Shown piece after piece: positions 25,041 to 38,300 of a stretch of 64,000 nucleotides of DNA. The DNA lies in the NCBI GenBank assembly GCA_000708835.1, contig DF237047.1, positions 1-64,000 of the forward strand, written 5' to 3'. Under the pieces are notes generated by a model. That model worked only from the letters and a program-made list of their open reading frames with translations. It did not search any database and was not told where the DNA came from. The position numbers and the translations under genes were made by a program. Source of the stretch: Klebsormidium nitens (Eukaryota > Plantae > Klebsormidiophyceae). Every line of letters starts with the position of its first letter. The first letter of the stretch is position 1.

Positions 25041-27148
25041 TTACAACGCGCTAGTGCCGATGATAAGAGCGGCGCTTCCTGCTAGAAGCCCGGCGAAAAG
25101 CAGAGCCCACAGGGCAAGAGCACCAGCGCCTGCACACAAAAGAACAAGCTGCAATTGAGGAAAATGCCCACAGAATGTATGCAGATCCAACAACACCGAA
25201 CACTTCAAGGCAGGTACTCAACCCCCAATCGGAACCCTAAAACAGACCAGCCTGGTGTTGCCCCTGCCAAAGACCGTCAGGCAATACAGTTTTCCAGATT
25301 CTACCACAGCGATCACGTTTGACAAGGGGCAAAAAATGGTGCCATTAGGATCCAAGGCCAAGGTCAACCCCTGTTGGCGGCCAAACACAAAACACTTTCA
25401 CTCACAGACTAACCCTCTGATCAGCTGTTAGTTTGAACAACGATCAAAGATACAGCCAAACCCACTGACCTGCACATCCCTTCTACTTTCAAAAGTCAAA
25501 AGGAAGAAAACAAAAACACACACACTGGAAAAGAACAGCAGGATAGTCATTGCACTGGGCTGGTGGACGACTTCCAATCTGAGGCAGCTAAATTTAGCAG
25601 TCATTCTGCATAGCAAGAACACAGGGACTGACCTGGTGAGTAAGTGTCTCCGCTGGTGGACCAGGCCTCCGGGGTGTAGATAGGGCTGCGCAAGAAACAA
25701 ATCCGTTATGTACAGGCATATATACTGTCTTCAGCGAACTGCATATATTCAAGAAAAAATAGGCTGAAAATATAATCCGTGAAACCTCGAGAAAGTGCCG
25801 CCTGCCCCAGACCTTTCATCTGCCTTGAGAATCCTTCAGAAGGAGCCGACTGCCCCCAAACCCTTATAACGGTGCCAAACCCTTTATCTGCCCGTGTTCT
25901 TTAACAGTCTGGATGAAGCCACAACGATGTGATACACCAGACGTTGCGCCAAATTGATAAGGACACTGCTGAGAGCGGACAGCCGAAACCAATGCTATAA
26001 GGGTTCAACGATCGCAAGTCATAGATACTCAAATTGAAATACTGCTTCGCTTTACATGCTGAGGTTAATTTATCACCCCCAGGAAGTGCGGGTTGAGACA
26101 GGCCTTTCCAAGGTCTTTGCTCGACTTCTTAGCACGAACCATAATAATATTCTCTCCTGAAAGCACGATCAACTATACCAGAGCAATCAGTGCACTGCCT
26201 ACGCCCTCACCTGTATCCATCAACATTTGCGCCATACTTCTTGGCATACTGGTAAACACCCTTGCCCTGCAGGATTCACCAGACAGAGAGTCAAGCGAGG
26301 TGACAAAAAAGGGGGGAACCAGTCAGGACCACAAGACCTGTAACAGAGAAAACCAGATACGTTCTCCAAATGAAGCAGATTATTGTTAAGTGTTCCCCAC
26401 ATGAAGCAGATTATTGATTAGCAACAGAGCATAATGTCTAGCTAGCAACAAACACCAAGACTGGCCCCACGCACCTTAGCCGGGCTGCCTCCCGCATCCT
26501 TTCCATCCTTGAACTTTGTGTTGCCAGAGGGTCCTGGAGCGCAGCAGCAAAGTGCATTGTCAGGGGCAAGATATGAAAATGCATCATAAGAATTGTCAGC
26601 GGCAGACTATGAAATTGCATTGTTTCTCTTGACCCGAAAGGGCGACAGTGTCAACTGGAGCTTTGTCGAGAGCGGTGTCAAGTAGGTAAGCAGATAGAAC
26701 TCTATTGTTTTTCAGGGTCTAGTGAGTAAGCTCCTACTAGATCTCAACTAGATGCATCTTGGCAATTACAACTTGCAAAGACAATCAGCACTCCTCCAGT
26801 TCTTTTACGTCTGTCTCAGCCAAACCATTTCAAAGAGAGGACATCAATATTCACAAGACAACTTGGAAGGCGCACTTTCGACAGTTAAATTGCCAGCCAA
26901 ACATTCAACAATCTGACTCGCGAAGCTGCAACTGTAATTCTTTCAAGGAGCTCTTGTCGAATGCCACAAACAAGCTCCTCACCGTAGGGCGTCTTTGTCA
27001 CGGTCTTCTTGAAGTTGCACGAGACGCGAGCAGCTCCTCTGTGCAGGGAGGGGAGAGAGGCCCCAGCGAACTCGGTCCGGCTAATCTTAGTGGCGGACAA
27101 GCTGGCAAAAGACGTCGAGACCGCGCTGGTGCACGCAACGGAAGCCAT
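25041..27148 (-). CDS. PSBR: Photosystem II 10 kDa subunit PsbR with plastid transit peptide; 5 exons (26983-27148, 26475-26533, 26211-26266, 25633-25685, 25041-25129), 140 aa
   Basis: The spliced product contains [34 protein letters not shown] and the C-terminal helix GALALWALLFAGLLAGSAALIIGTSAL*. All junctions are GT-AG and in frame. The ORF track shows only exon 1. Confidence 0.95.
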
Positions 27149-27755
27149 GATTTCCTCTGTGAAAATTCTAAAAGCTGCAGAGAGAGGACCGCTTGGTACA
27201 ACAGAGGAATTGAAAATTTCAGTGATTAGAATTGCTCTGCAAATGCTCGAAGTTGCAGGAAGCAATGCTGACCCAAGACCTTCCGAATCCAAGGCACTGA
27301 ACGGTGACTGAACCTTCGAACTTCTCAGGCGCAGGGGAGGTAAACCTGGCGGGTTTCGGAACTGTCTGACTGTACCGCTGGGTCATCAATGGGGTTTCGT
27401 TTTGGTAGACTCTACCGGGTAAATCTTCCGCAGCAGTGTTAAATGCATCATGCACTTTGTTGGTCACAGCATGCAAGCTAAAATTGTGGCGAATCACGCA
27501 CACGTTTCACCGAGGAGGAAAACGGGTTATGCACCTAGAATCTGGGTTACTGACGGCGTCAGTTCTGATGTGAACCCACTCGAGTTAGAAGCTACCATTC
27601 GTGGTTCGGAATGCTGACCTGGAGGCTTTCTTGAAATTCAGTGGCCCTGCAGCTCTCCCTTATCTTGTCCAAAGATTTGATTGGCGTCTCGTGTGCCACG
27701 TGAACTTGTGCCTGCAAATTCGGGGCTGTGCATCACGCGAAGACTGGCATCGCTG

Positions 27756-28209
27756 GTACCGTACTTCGGCGCCCCCGGTCCCCGGTACCGATGGTTGACC
27801 AGCTCAATACGGTAGCCCAACTGGTGATACCCAGGGTGCCCAACCGAGGTGTCTGCAGGCACGTACCTACAATCGGCCCGCTAGATCACATGGCAGTACC
27901 GGTCGCTAACGGGTACCTACCTGTTCCTACCGGTACCTACTAAGTTTCGCGGCGCTCTGCATGTTCACCACGGTGTCCCGGTACCAACGACGGTATACCT
28001 ACCTACCAACCTAGTACCTACTTAGTACTTATATCTACCTACCTGGTGGGTACCCACCTTCAACCTTGTACCGGTACGGTACCTGAGACAGTTCGGTACC
28101 TACCTTCAGGCACACGAAAGCCTAGAGGGCAGTACTAGAGGCTAGCTGACTTCAAAGGTTTATAGGTACCTATCGTGGGTATTAGTACGGTGGGTATGTA
28201 CGCGAGTAC
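27756..28209. repeat. GTAC/GGTACC/TACC-rich low-complexity palindromic tract between PSBR and SPK1
   Basis: 20 GTAC tetramers in 454 bp by hand count. Perfect palindromes ggtgggtacccacc (28045-28058) and ataggtacctat (28162-28173). Confidence 0.85.
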
Positions 28210-29313
28210 CGGTAGACTGGAAGCGCACACCTAGTAGTAGGGGATCCCACAGGCAACTAGGCCGAGAATAAATAATTGCCTACCCTCTTTTTGGCACGGG
28301 TTATCAACCAGTGACGTCATCTAGTACGTCCAGATTTTCCGCGAACCCGTGAACTCAGGCCTTCTTCCCTTCGAGATTGGCTGTCATTTGACACGCCCTT
28401 TTGCGCAGGTGATTGGACTCTGGAGGAGCTCGAGAAACCTGAGGCCGTCAAAAAGACCTTGATGGAGACATCGACGGTTAGTGTTTGCTGATATCGTCTG
28501 CTGTTGATCAACTAACTATTGCCAGCTCGACAGGCAACTTCTTTTGCCTCTGCACAATTTGTTCAAATGCAATATGGAGGGAGCTTAAAAATGGCGCTTG
28601 GATCAGCCGCCCTGCAGATCAGCAATGTTGCTGATCGGAGCAACCGTCAGCTGAGCTAGGATCACCGTGCTGCTGACTTTTCAATCCGAGCTTGCAAGAT
28701 TGTCTTGCTGCTCCGACGGCGAGCTGCACATTGTGACATGTTCTACGAGATCTGGCAGCCATATTTAGGCTACAGAAGTTGCACACCATCATTTTGAGCT
28801 ACCAGAAGTCTAGGTTCTCACGCCTTTCAAGGGAACAGGTCGTCCTTGGTTTCTGCAATCGAAGTTGGAGTGCGCATCGAGAAGATCGCGTACAATCAAG
28901 TTGTACTTTAAGAGTTCTAGCACCACTTAGCCACTAGCGCAATGAGACCGGTTGCAGTGCACCGATAGCAGGCCCAGGGCCAATGAGTCACTTAAGTGTC
29001 TACATCGCATTGCTGTAGCCTTCTGAAAAAGATGATTGCTCGCTTCTGAATACTTGAGAAGCTGATCGGTTGCACACTATTTTGTATTGATGCCACTTCG
29101 GTGGTGACAATCTGAGGTACGCAGACAAAAACATAGCTGCAGGTCCTAAGACTGGTCTTGCTTTCATCAGCGGACGTTCAGAGACTCAGTGCCTTGCAGA
29201 GAAGCCGGTGCATTGCACCCATGCCTAGTGAAAAGAGCTGACAAACCAGCTATTTCCTGTCGAAACAGCTCTAGGGCCTTTGCTGCGTGGGGCGCGCTTT
29301 GAGCACAGCTCAG

Positions 29314-32300
29314 ATGGCGATTGGATCGAGTGACCAGGAGCTGCCACATGGCGACCTTGTGGAGGAGCTTGAGGAGCTGCCCCAATCCAAGGTAAAAGCT
29401 GGGAAACAGATTTTACCCTGCGGAGCAACGGAACAGATTGCATTCCCCTGTCTAAAACCTGTCACTTAGAGCTAACAGTCACATATACTGCCCGGTACAT
29501 TCTTCATGTCACAATCCAAGTGCTCTACGAACTTTCCAACCATCAAACTATGTCCATGTACCCTACCAAGACTGTATGTGTACTGTCTCTAGAGACAACT
29601 TTTCATTGTTTTCCAATACTGGCATGCCCAAACTTGCATTCCTCCAAAGCTGCCAGCTTCTTTCAACTCCTACGACGACCCAATGACTTGCTTGGAGAGG
29701 AGTTAGCTGCTGGGAGTGCGCTGATTAATCCTCCTGGTCATGCAGCTCCAAGATAGGGAGGACCTTATGCCATCTCTCAAAGAGATGATTGCATCATACA
29801 GCGGGGGGTGGGTGTGCATTGACGGCAAGTATGGACACTACAGCGGCATCGTACCACCACCATTTCATCCCCAGCACTTTGAGGACCCAGCACAGGTTAA
29901 AAGAGAAGGTGAGCGGTTTGGCTAATCGCTCTGGACATTTAGAAGCACCCTGTCAACGATCAACGGAAGAGTTCTCCAAGGTGTCGAAAAGAAGGGTATT
30001 ACCATAGGAGCTGATTAACGTCACTGAAAGAATGTTTCTTTCCACGCACTGCTTGCAGGATCGGAAGAGGCGTCATTTGATGGACGCCAGGAGTCGGGTG
30101 CTGACAAGCTTGAAGCGGCAGTCGCTCAAATGGTGAGGCCGTCCCATCCATCATGGGGCTTGAACTACACTGATGTTTTAAAAGTTGGAAAACGTTCACT
30201 GCCGACTCCTGTGCAGTTGGTGCATATAAGGCTGAGGTCCTGTAGGGTGGCTCACATGAGATGTTTTCGTTTCGAATGTTCAAAATGACACTTTACTTCT
30301 TTCAGCAACTGGAGGGACCTCTGTTCCACTCCTTTGCCCCTGCCTTCAACTGGGAAGAGGAGAGGGCGTCGATTCCTGGACTTCGTGCGAGGTCCTCTCT
30401 GTATGTTACACCAACAGGGTAAGGACTTCACTCATATTACCCCACCTATGATTACTTTTGAGTATCTGACCTGTCCAGTGGTGAGGTCAAGTGAAACCAG
30501 GGACCTGTTGGAACACCTTCCAGGATTTTAGCATACCAATACATGTTTTTGCTAGTTCAGCTTTTTTTGGTTGTTTCTACAGCAATCATTATCAACACTC
30601 ACTTTGTCTCTGTCCCTGTACTCTCCAGGCTTTTCTCCTTCTCTGTCGAAGTCGTCAGTCTGACGATGCAAGTGGGACTTGTAGGTAAGATCAGATCAAA
30701 CCTATCATGATCCAGTGGCTCACAAGTTGGGTTTCTGTCCTGAACACTGATTCATACATGAATTGATCGGCCGTTGCTTGCATGGTACAGATACTTGCAT
30801 GCCTGGCCTTGTCAAACTCTGTGCTTTCGTTCCCTGCAGAACCGATCAGCGGGACAATCAGCCTTTACCATAAGGACAGGCGTGAGAAAATATCGGAAGA
30901 CTTCCACTTTTCTATTGCTCCAGATACCTGGCCGAAGGTAAGCTTTTCCTTAAGTCCGTCGGACTCTCCGCCTGTAAACTGCTGAGGTGCACAAATTAAC
31001 TCCAGCTTGTATCTAGCAAGCCAGGAGGCGTCAGAAGGGGGCTTTTGTTACACAAGCTTTCAGTTGGATCAGACGACTGATGCAGGGTCCCAACTCAAAA
31101 TTGTGATTCCTCTACTCTTATCAAAGCAACTCGTATCTGTGCCTCCAGCGCCCCATTGACCAGCAACGCCGCGTCTTCTTCACACTCGACAAGCCACTGG
31201 CGGCCGTGTGCCTGCTAATCCAACTCGAGCGGACGGCGACTGAGGAGGATGGGGTCAAAGCATCTGTGTATGCAAAGAAGGACGCGGTGAGCCACAACTA
31301 GTACCCCTACAAACGGTATCATCGTAGATGCCTCTGCTGGTGCCCCTCGCTGCAAACCTGTCAGATCTCTTTCCTCTCGGATAGACAACACTTCAGACGC
31401 CCTGCTTCGTAGGTGTCAAAAAGCTGTAGGTCAAAGTGGATACATGAACCAAGTGAGAGGCCATCCAAGTATCGATCTTCTGCCCAGCGTACCACAGAGT
31501 CTTCCTGGGACCTTACTGACTCAATATCCTCGATGGTGTCAGACGTCTCTCTCGGAAAGAGATGCAAACCGCGTGGCAGGCTGGGCCGCATCGGTCCCAT
31601 TCAAGGAGCCCCTCGCCTGGACGTTCATCCCCATTTTCGACAAAACGGTCACCAACGGTTTGGGGGGATTTGGACTGGACACCAGCCAGGCCCCCAACCC
31701 AATGAGCGGGGTCAGCACGCCCCGAACCCCGTTGAACGGGTTCACTGGTTATGGAAGCAACGGGAACAGCGCTTACGGGACGCCCAAAGCTTCCATCGAT
31801 CTGACCGCTTCAGGGCTGAGCTTCTCCGGCACTCCGACCAAACGGAGAAGCGCGGCTGACGAAGGGGACACGTGGCAAGCGGTGCAAGTGGATGTGCCGA
31901 TGTTCCATAGGGTCAAGGCACCGTACACAGAGGACAGCCTTCAGGTCAGTGCTCTGCTTCCAGCTGTACCCGGAGTAGTAGTTCTGCATCCCTCTCCCTG
32001 GTAGATCACAAAATCCGGCCCGCTCATGTACCGAGTTTGACCTTCTTTTGAAAAGCTGCGGAGGTCGTATTTACTCCGTGCTTGCTGACGTCACGGCTGC
32101 AAGCTTTGACGCTAACCGCAGCATCAGTTGGGTCGATAATGGCTCGTTATTCGTGTTACTTCAGGACCAAAAGAAGGCGCAGAAGGCCGTCCGTGCAAGC
32201 ATGAGGCTCTTGATTCAGAGGCTCTCGGGGTCCGAGTCAAGTGCGGCGAGGGTCGCGACTCCCCTACTAATGTCCGGAAGTGCGACCCCCCAAAACTTGC

Positions 32301-35300
32301 TGGGCGCACCACACAGACACCGGGTTCACGGGCCGTCAATGTTCGCGTCATTGGACAAGCCGGCGGAAAACGGGGTTGCGAAGCACGTTAGCACGGAAGC
32401 GGTGTGGGGAGTCGCGGCCGGGGACCGGAAACGGCGGGACAGCGCGGGCAGTGTGCGGACGGTTCTGGACGGTCCGGAAAGCGGACGGACCACTCCACTG
32501 CTGCGCCGGCAGAGCCGGCAGAGCGGAGGGAGCGAAGACGTTCCCCGCAGCTCGAACGGGGCTAGTCCGCAGCACACTCCGGCTTCGAGCCACGGCCGGG
32601 CGGATTCCGGACGGTATCCGGACGCCGATGCGGACTCGACCGGGGGGGCTCCGAGCACCCCCGGTACGGACGATTGGACCGTGGTCGCGCAGACTGAGCG
32701 GGCGACCATCAGCGGCAGGGTGGCCGACACGTTTCTAAACCGGGGGGTGCGGTCGGGGGGGGGACTCGTGCGCGCTTTGGACTTTCGGTCGCTGGATCGA
32801 AGCGCGCCGTATACGGAGCTGATCCATCTGCTGTACGTGTACCCGCTCTCGTTGCAAATGTCGAGGAAGCGGAACCTCCTCGTGAGGGTGGAGCTGAGGG
32901 ATGATGACAGCCATCCGGACAATCCGGGAATGCAGGTGAGGAAGGTTGCATGGATGCTCTTTGCGGGTCAATTCTTGTCGTGTTTGCTCTTTTGCTTCGC
33001 CTTCAGGCTTTTGAACGCATGGTTGCCAAACGATTGATCGGGACCTTGCTTGCGATGTCTGCCCTGCCGGGTACAGATGTGCCCCTTCAATCACGCATTG
33101 TTTACTCCTCTTACACCCCGTCCGGAAAGAACTAGTGGCCGTGATAACCGAGCCGTTTGGACAACAGACGATGAGGAATGTTTTAAAAGTGACATCTTTT
33201 CTTTGGACGCAGGTCATCTTTCCGAAAGACTTCGGCGGTCCGATGCTCCGAGCGGCTACGACCCAGGTCGCCGCGAACACCAAGACGCCCCTCTTCCACG
33301 ACGAAATCAAGCTGCGGCTCCCCACCGTCTTCCAGCCGCAGCACCACCTCGTCTTCACCTTCTTGCAGCCAGCCCTGCGTCAGAAGGGGAAGCCCGAGAA
33401 CGGAATGGTGAGGTCTTATACATATACTTCTTTCCGGAAAGCCGTAGCGTTGAAGCCATGGACCGGAGAGCTGGTACAAGACTTTGATGTATTCAGAAAA
33501 ATGTGAACGATGTCGATTCTGATTCATAGCCATGATCTAAGAAGGAAAGCAAGTCGCTCAGCCACGTAGTTTTGTGATTGCTTGTAGGATTGGACGGATG
33601 TTTTCACTGGGGTCATCGCCCGTTGGACACAGATGGGCGGTGCTTTTTTTTTCCGGAGTCCTTTGATTTCAGGCAGATAGCAAACTGCCAATGACAAGTT
33701 CAATACCACAAAAAACTTTACGAGCAGTAGCTACTGTCAATCGCATGACTCTTGGAGCCATTTAAACTGCGGAATAAGAAGCAGTGAATGCTCTTTTTCC
33801 CCCTTCTCCTGCAGACGGTAGTGGGCTACAGCGTCCTTCCTCTGTCCATGAGCACGCAAGTCCTGAGGTCCGACGGCAGCCTGCCTGTCGTCAAGGAGCT
33901 CTTACCGATGTACCTCAACGTAAGCCTTAATTCCGCCGCCCGTATCCCTTGAGTATAAAAAACGGTTGTTTCTTTGTTGATGGATCATCCGCATCAGACT
34001 TTGTGTCCGGGCCAATGAACGGACGGATACCCTGCGTCATATTCGCTTTGTTTCGGGAGTTGCTAATCATCCTGTCAGAGTCATTGCTTTGTGGCTTTCT
34101 AAGCGAATGATGATCCTCGTTCCATCACGAACCTGATTTACTGGCGTGAAGTGCAGCTTATAACCGACCGCTTGGCAATCAACTATCGCTGAAGCTCCCA
34201 CCAACCTTTCCAACGGCGTGCTCGGTTGGGTGCCCTGACTAGGCCTATCGCCAATACTCATATCACGTACGTACCCCGTTGACCAATTAGTCCGGTTACA
34301 CTAGCGCCTTATGCTCTCTTTTCCGCGCCCAGGACTACGTCAAGGGCGACATGGAATACCTAGACGATGGCCGCCCTATCTTCCGATTGCGCCTGCGGCT
34401 CTGCTCCACGATCCACCCCACCAACGAACGGCTCCAGGCCTTCCACGTGGCTTACGACAGGCACATGCTGAGCGCCGGGGGCCCACCGAGTTCCGCCCTG
34501 CTGACGGTAAGCGTTCTTAAAAAGGTTCGATTCAGTCCGAGAGGAATGCTTCATGATGGTAACCATGTCTCCGGTAAAGGGTACATGGGGCAGGCCACTT
34601 CTAGACATTCCCAATAAAGGCTAAGTTCATGCTCCGGGGGAAAGTGCATGGCTCTTTTGCTGTTAGATGCGACGACGCAGCATGTTAAACTAATTGTCCG
34701 TCAGAAGGGAACCACAGATGAACTATCTTCCAGCTTGCCCAAGCCCTAATTTCTGAAACCTGATTTTTGAAAGGCCTACAACTGTTGCTTTCTGCAAAGT
34801 GGAAAACAGCAATTGTTCTTCTATCTCTTGTTGAGGCTTCTTTCGCTTTCCTCAACCCTACCTCCTTAATGTCCTGTGCACGCAGACCATCAACCACCTG
34901 CGGTCCATGGACTTCGTAACGCTGCATAAATACTTGTCTAATCCAAAGGTCCGTTCTCGCAGAGATTCTAACAATAGCCATTTTCTTCCACTTGTGATCG
35001 ACGCGTTCTCTCGTCTTTACCTATCTACACTCTGTGCGCGCAGAGCATCAACCACCTGCGGTCCATGGACTTCGTAACGCTGCAGCAGTACCTGCACCCG
35101 ACGCTGACCATGCTGCTCCGGCTGGTGGGCGACGGCGGCGAGACGCTGCAAGTGGCGTCGTTCCGCGCACTCGTCAACATCCTGACACGGTCAGTGCAGA
35201 TTGACATACGTTTCACTTCCTTCGGGTTCCTGTGCATTTTCGCGAGTCGGGCATCGCTCAAAGGCCTTGCTTAAGGAGCATCAAGACTGGTTCCGTTTCC

Positions 35301-38300
35301 TGTGCATGCTTTTGAGTCGGGCGTCGCTTCAAACGCCTTGCTTAAGAAGCATCGAGACTGATTCCGGTTTCTGTGCATGCTTCGTGAGTCTTGCATTGCT
35401 TCAAACGCCTTGCTTAAAGAGCATCGAGACCGGTTCCGTTTCCTGTGCATGCTTTTGAGTCGGGCATCGCGTCAAAAGCCTTGCTTATAGAGCATCAAGA
35501 CTACTTCTGAGACACTACAGAGGCGTAGTGCGGGTCTTGAGGTTACGGAGGTCGTTGCATCACTCCTTATCCAATGCGGTCGGCGATTTGTTCCAATGGC
35601 CTACTTGTAAGCAGCTTGCGATCGAAACCCACAGAATCTCCAAGCCCCTCGTTACCGGTCTTGAGGAGCTTTCGCCCGTCAAATTGCAGGGCTTGCCTCC
35701 GCTTTGCTTCTGCGTAGTTCTCTATCTGTACCTGCTGATTTTGGTCTTGTCTTCCATCATCCAGGATCCAGCAGGAGTCCCTAGACGGCTCGGAGCGCAA
35801 CCGCATCCTGGTCCACTTCATAGACTACGCGTTCGATGACTGGAGGGGCGACCGTCACCCGGTCTACCCGGGTCTTTGCAGTGTCTGGCGGAGCTTGGCT
35901 CGGAGCAAGGTAGCAAATGTCTAACTCGCCGGCTCTCAGTTCGCTGCTCTTTTTCCTTCTGTGGATGACGAAGCTAGCACCTCGGGGTGTTCTGAGTAGA
36001 GGGGATTTTGAAGCTCGGAACCCGACGTCTGGAGGAGTACGGGAGATGGATAAGAATCTATAATAGCACGGACGCCCAACGTTGCTTCTGTCTCCCTGCC
36101 CTGGTCGTAGATTCCAAGAAGCGGCAGTGTGTAGTCCAGTGCTCCGCCCTTCCTAAGTGCTCGGCTCCTTGGAAACTGACTCGCTTCCATCATGTCCCCA
36201 CTCATTAAAGATCATTATCGACCTCCAAGTCTCCAGCTGGGGAGAACCTTATTCAAAACACCCGCTCTAGTCAGCGACTAATAAGTTCCGCTATTTCTCA
36301 CTTCGGCTGAACCAGCAACTGCTCTGTTCGTACGATTTATGGTCCGTTAACGGGTAGGAATTTGATCTTTACCCCCCTTCTTTTCCAGGCCAAGGGCTAC
36401 AAGGTGGGCCCTGTCTACGAGGACGTCCTGTCCATGGCCTGGGTTTTCCTAGAGCTCATTACAAAATCCATCGCCCTCGAGGCCAACAGGGCCCCCACGA
36501 CGCCCCCCTCCCCCGCCATCGTAGAAGACGAGAGGCTGACAAGCGGCCACGTGCCGGTTCTGCTCAACCCAGACGTCTTCAATTGCGTCCGGTCACTGTT
36601 CGAGTGTTTGTTACTAGAGGTTGCGGAGAAAGTCAGGAGCGGGCCAGCGCAGGCGCGGCGGCTCAACACGTGCTTGGCCTACTTCTGCCACGATCTGCTG
36701 TCGGTGATCGATCCGTTGCAGGTGAGCTGGCGCATCTTCTCTGATTCGAATCAGTTTAGTGATAAGTAAGCCCCGTCAACAGCAATCTTTGACGGGTGGG
36801 GGTATCGGTGTTAGGGTGGATACTGGTGCGGAGCTCAAGAACGTTTTGCTTCTAGTCAAATCAGAAAGCTTGCTGTTGGTGGAGGTTCATTTTCACTAAT
36901 CTGAAACTGTCGTCTGTGGGGGCAGGAATGATCTCGGGCTATCGATTAGTCACATGATGGTTCTGAGGAGCTTCATGCCAAGAGGAAAATGGTCTATACG
37001 ACGATCTTTGCGCCTCCTTGCTTTGCAATCTTTTCGGGCTCTCTTGCTTTGCATTGGAGGGAGCACGGACAGGAGCCGATATCCCTCCCCGCCTTCAACT
37101 CTGAGCTGTGGGCTTTTGCCTCTCGAAAAGACGTGGCAGGCTCCCAACCCCAGGGTTGCGCAATCAAAATCCCCTTGCAGGTCTATGCGCTGATCGCTTC
37201 TTACTCGAAGAAGACACGGGGGCCCTGTTGACGCTGCCCCAGAACACACGTGTCAGGCTCCGGTTCGCCAGACTCACGGGGATTGCTTTTTCTCCGTAGG
37301 TCTACGAGCTCATCGCTTGTTACATGAAGAAAGACACGTGGCCCCTGTCTCCCGCCGTGGCTGACCTGCGGCTGACGTTTCTCCGCATCGTGTGCGACCA
37401 TGACAAGTACGTCGAATTTCCGGGGCACGCCGGGAACGAGCGCAACTACATCGCAACGCTGCTGCAGATGGAGGTGCTTGGCGCGGTGGTCTCCGAGGAC
37501 CCGTTGATTAGGTGCGCCCTCAGTACTCAAAATGTTCTCATTTCAACCGGATCTATTTCAAGGTGATCGTATCCGTATGTTTTTGTTTTTGGTGAGTGTG
37601 AGGGTGCAGCCAGTTAAACACTGGGACTTCTGCAAGTTGCTAAAATCTTGGGCGTCGTAGTGCCTGATACTGAGAGTACTTTTCTGCTATTGAGAAGCCT
37701 CCGGTGTATCTTCAAGTCCTGGATTACAGATGGAAATATTTCAGTCCCGTGTGAAGAGGCTGGTGAAAGGAGAAGTAGAGGCGAATCCCGGAATGGGCAT
37801 ATGCAGAGACGATGGGGGGTGAGGGGCAGGTTCCGCAAGACCGCCACCTCTTTAAAGATACTGCCAGTCCATACTTTTGACCGGACACAGGGGATCAAGG
37901 GATGCTTCCGGGGGGTAAAAGCTGCTCCTTTCTTCTTCTTTTGCCGCCTTCCTCACGCAACGCGCCCACTTTCTGCAGGAGCAAGGCTGCTCGGCTGCTC
38001 ACTTTCATCATGTGCAAGCACCAGTTCGACGTCCAAAGCCGAGATGAGGATTTCCGCGAGTATGCCGCCAACCTTTACCTCCCCTTGGCCGAAAAAGTAA
38101 GACGTCGGATCCGCACGCTCCATTTCCCTCAACGCTTCATCCCTGGCCGCCGTGCTTTTTTTCAAAAACAACCTTCCTTTGCCGCGAAATTGTTGATCTT
38201 TCTTCATGTTGTGTCTCTGATTATCTGCAGTCTTTCAGAGCTTCTCTCGTGCAAAATTCGAGGCGTCTTTGCCCTTCCGTCCCAATCTCGATTGCTTGAA

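Noticed and set aside
35217-35501. CRISPR-like appearance of the 71-bp, 30-bp and 10542-10611 repeats
   Set aside because: No unique spacers and no cas genes, in a eukaryotic intron or UTR context. These are ordinary minisatellites.
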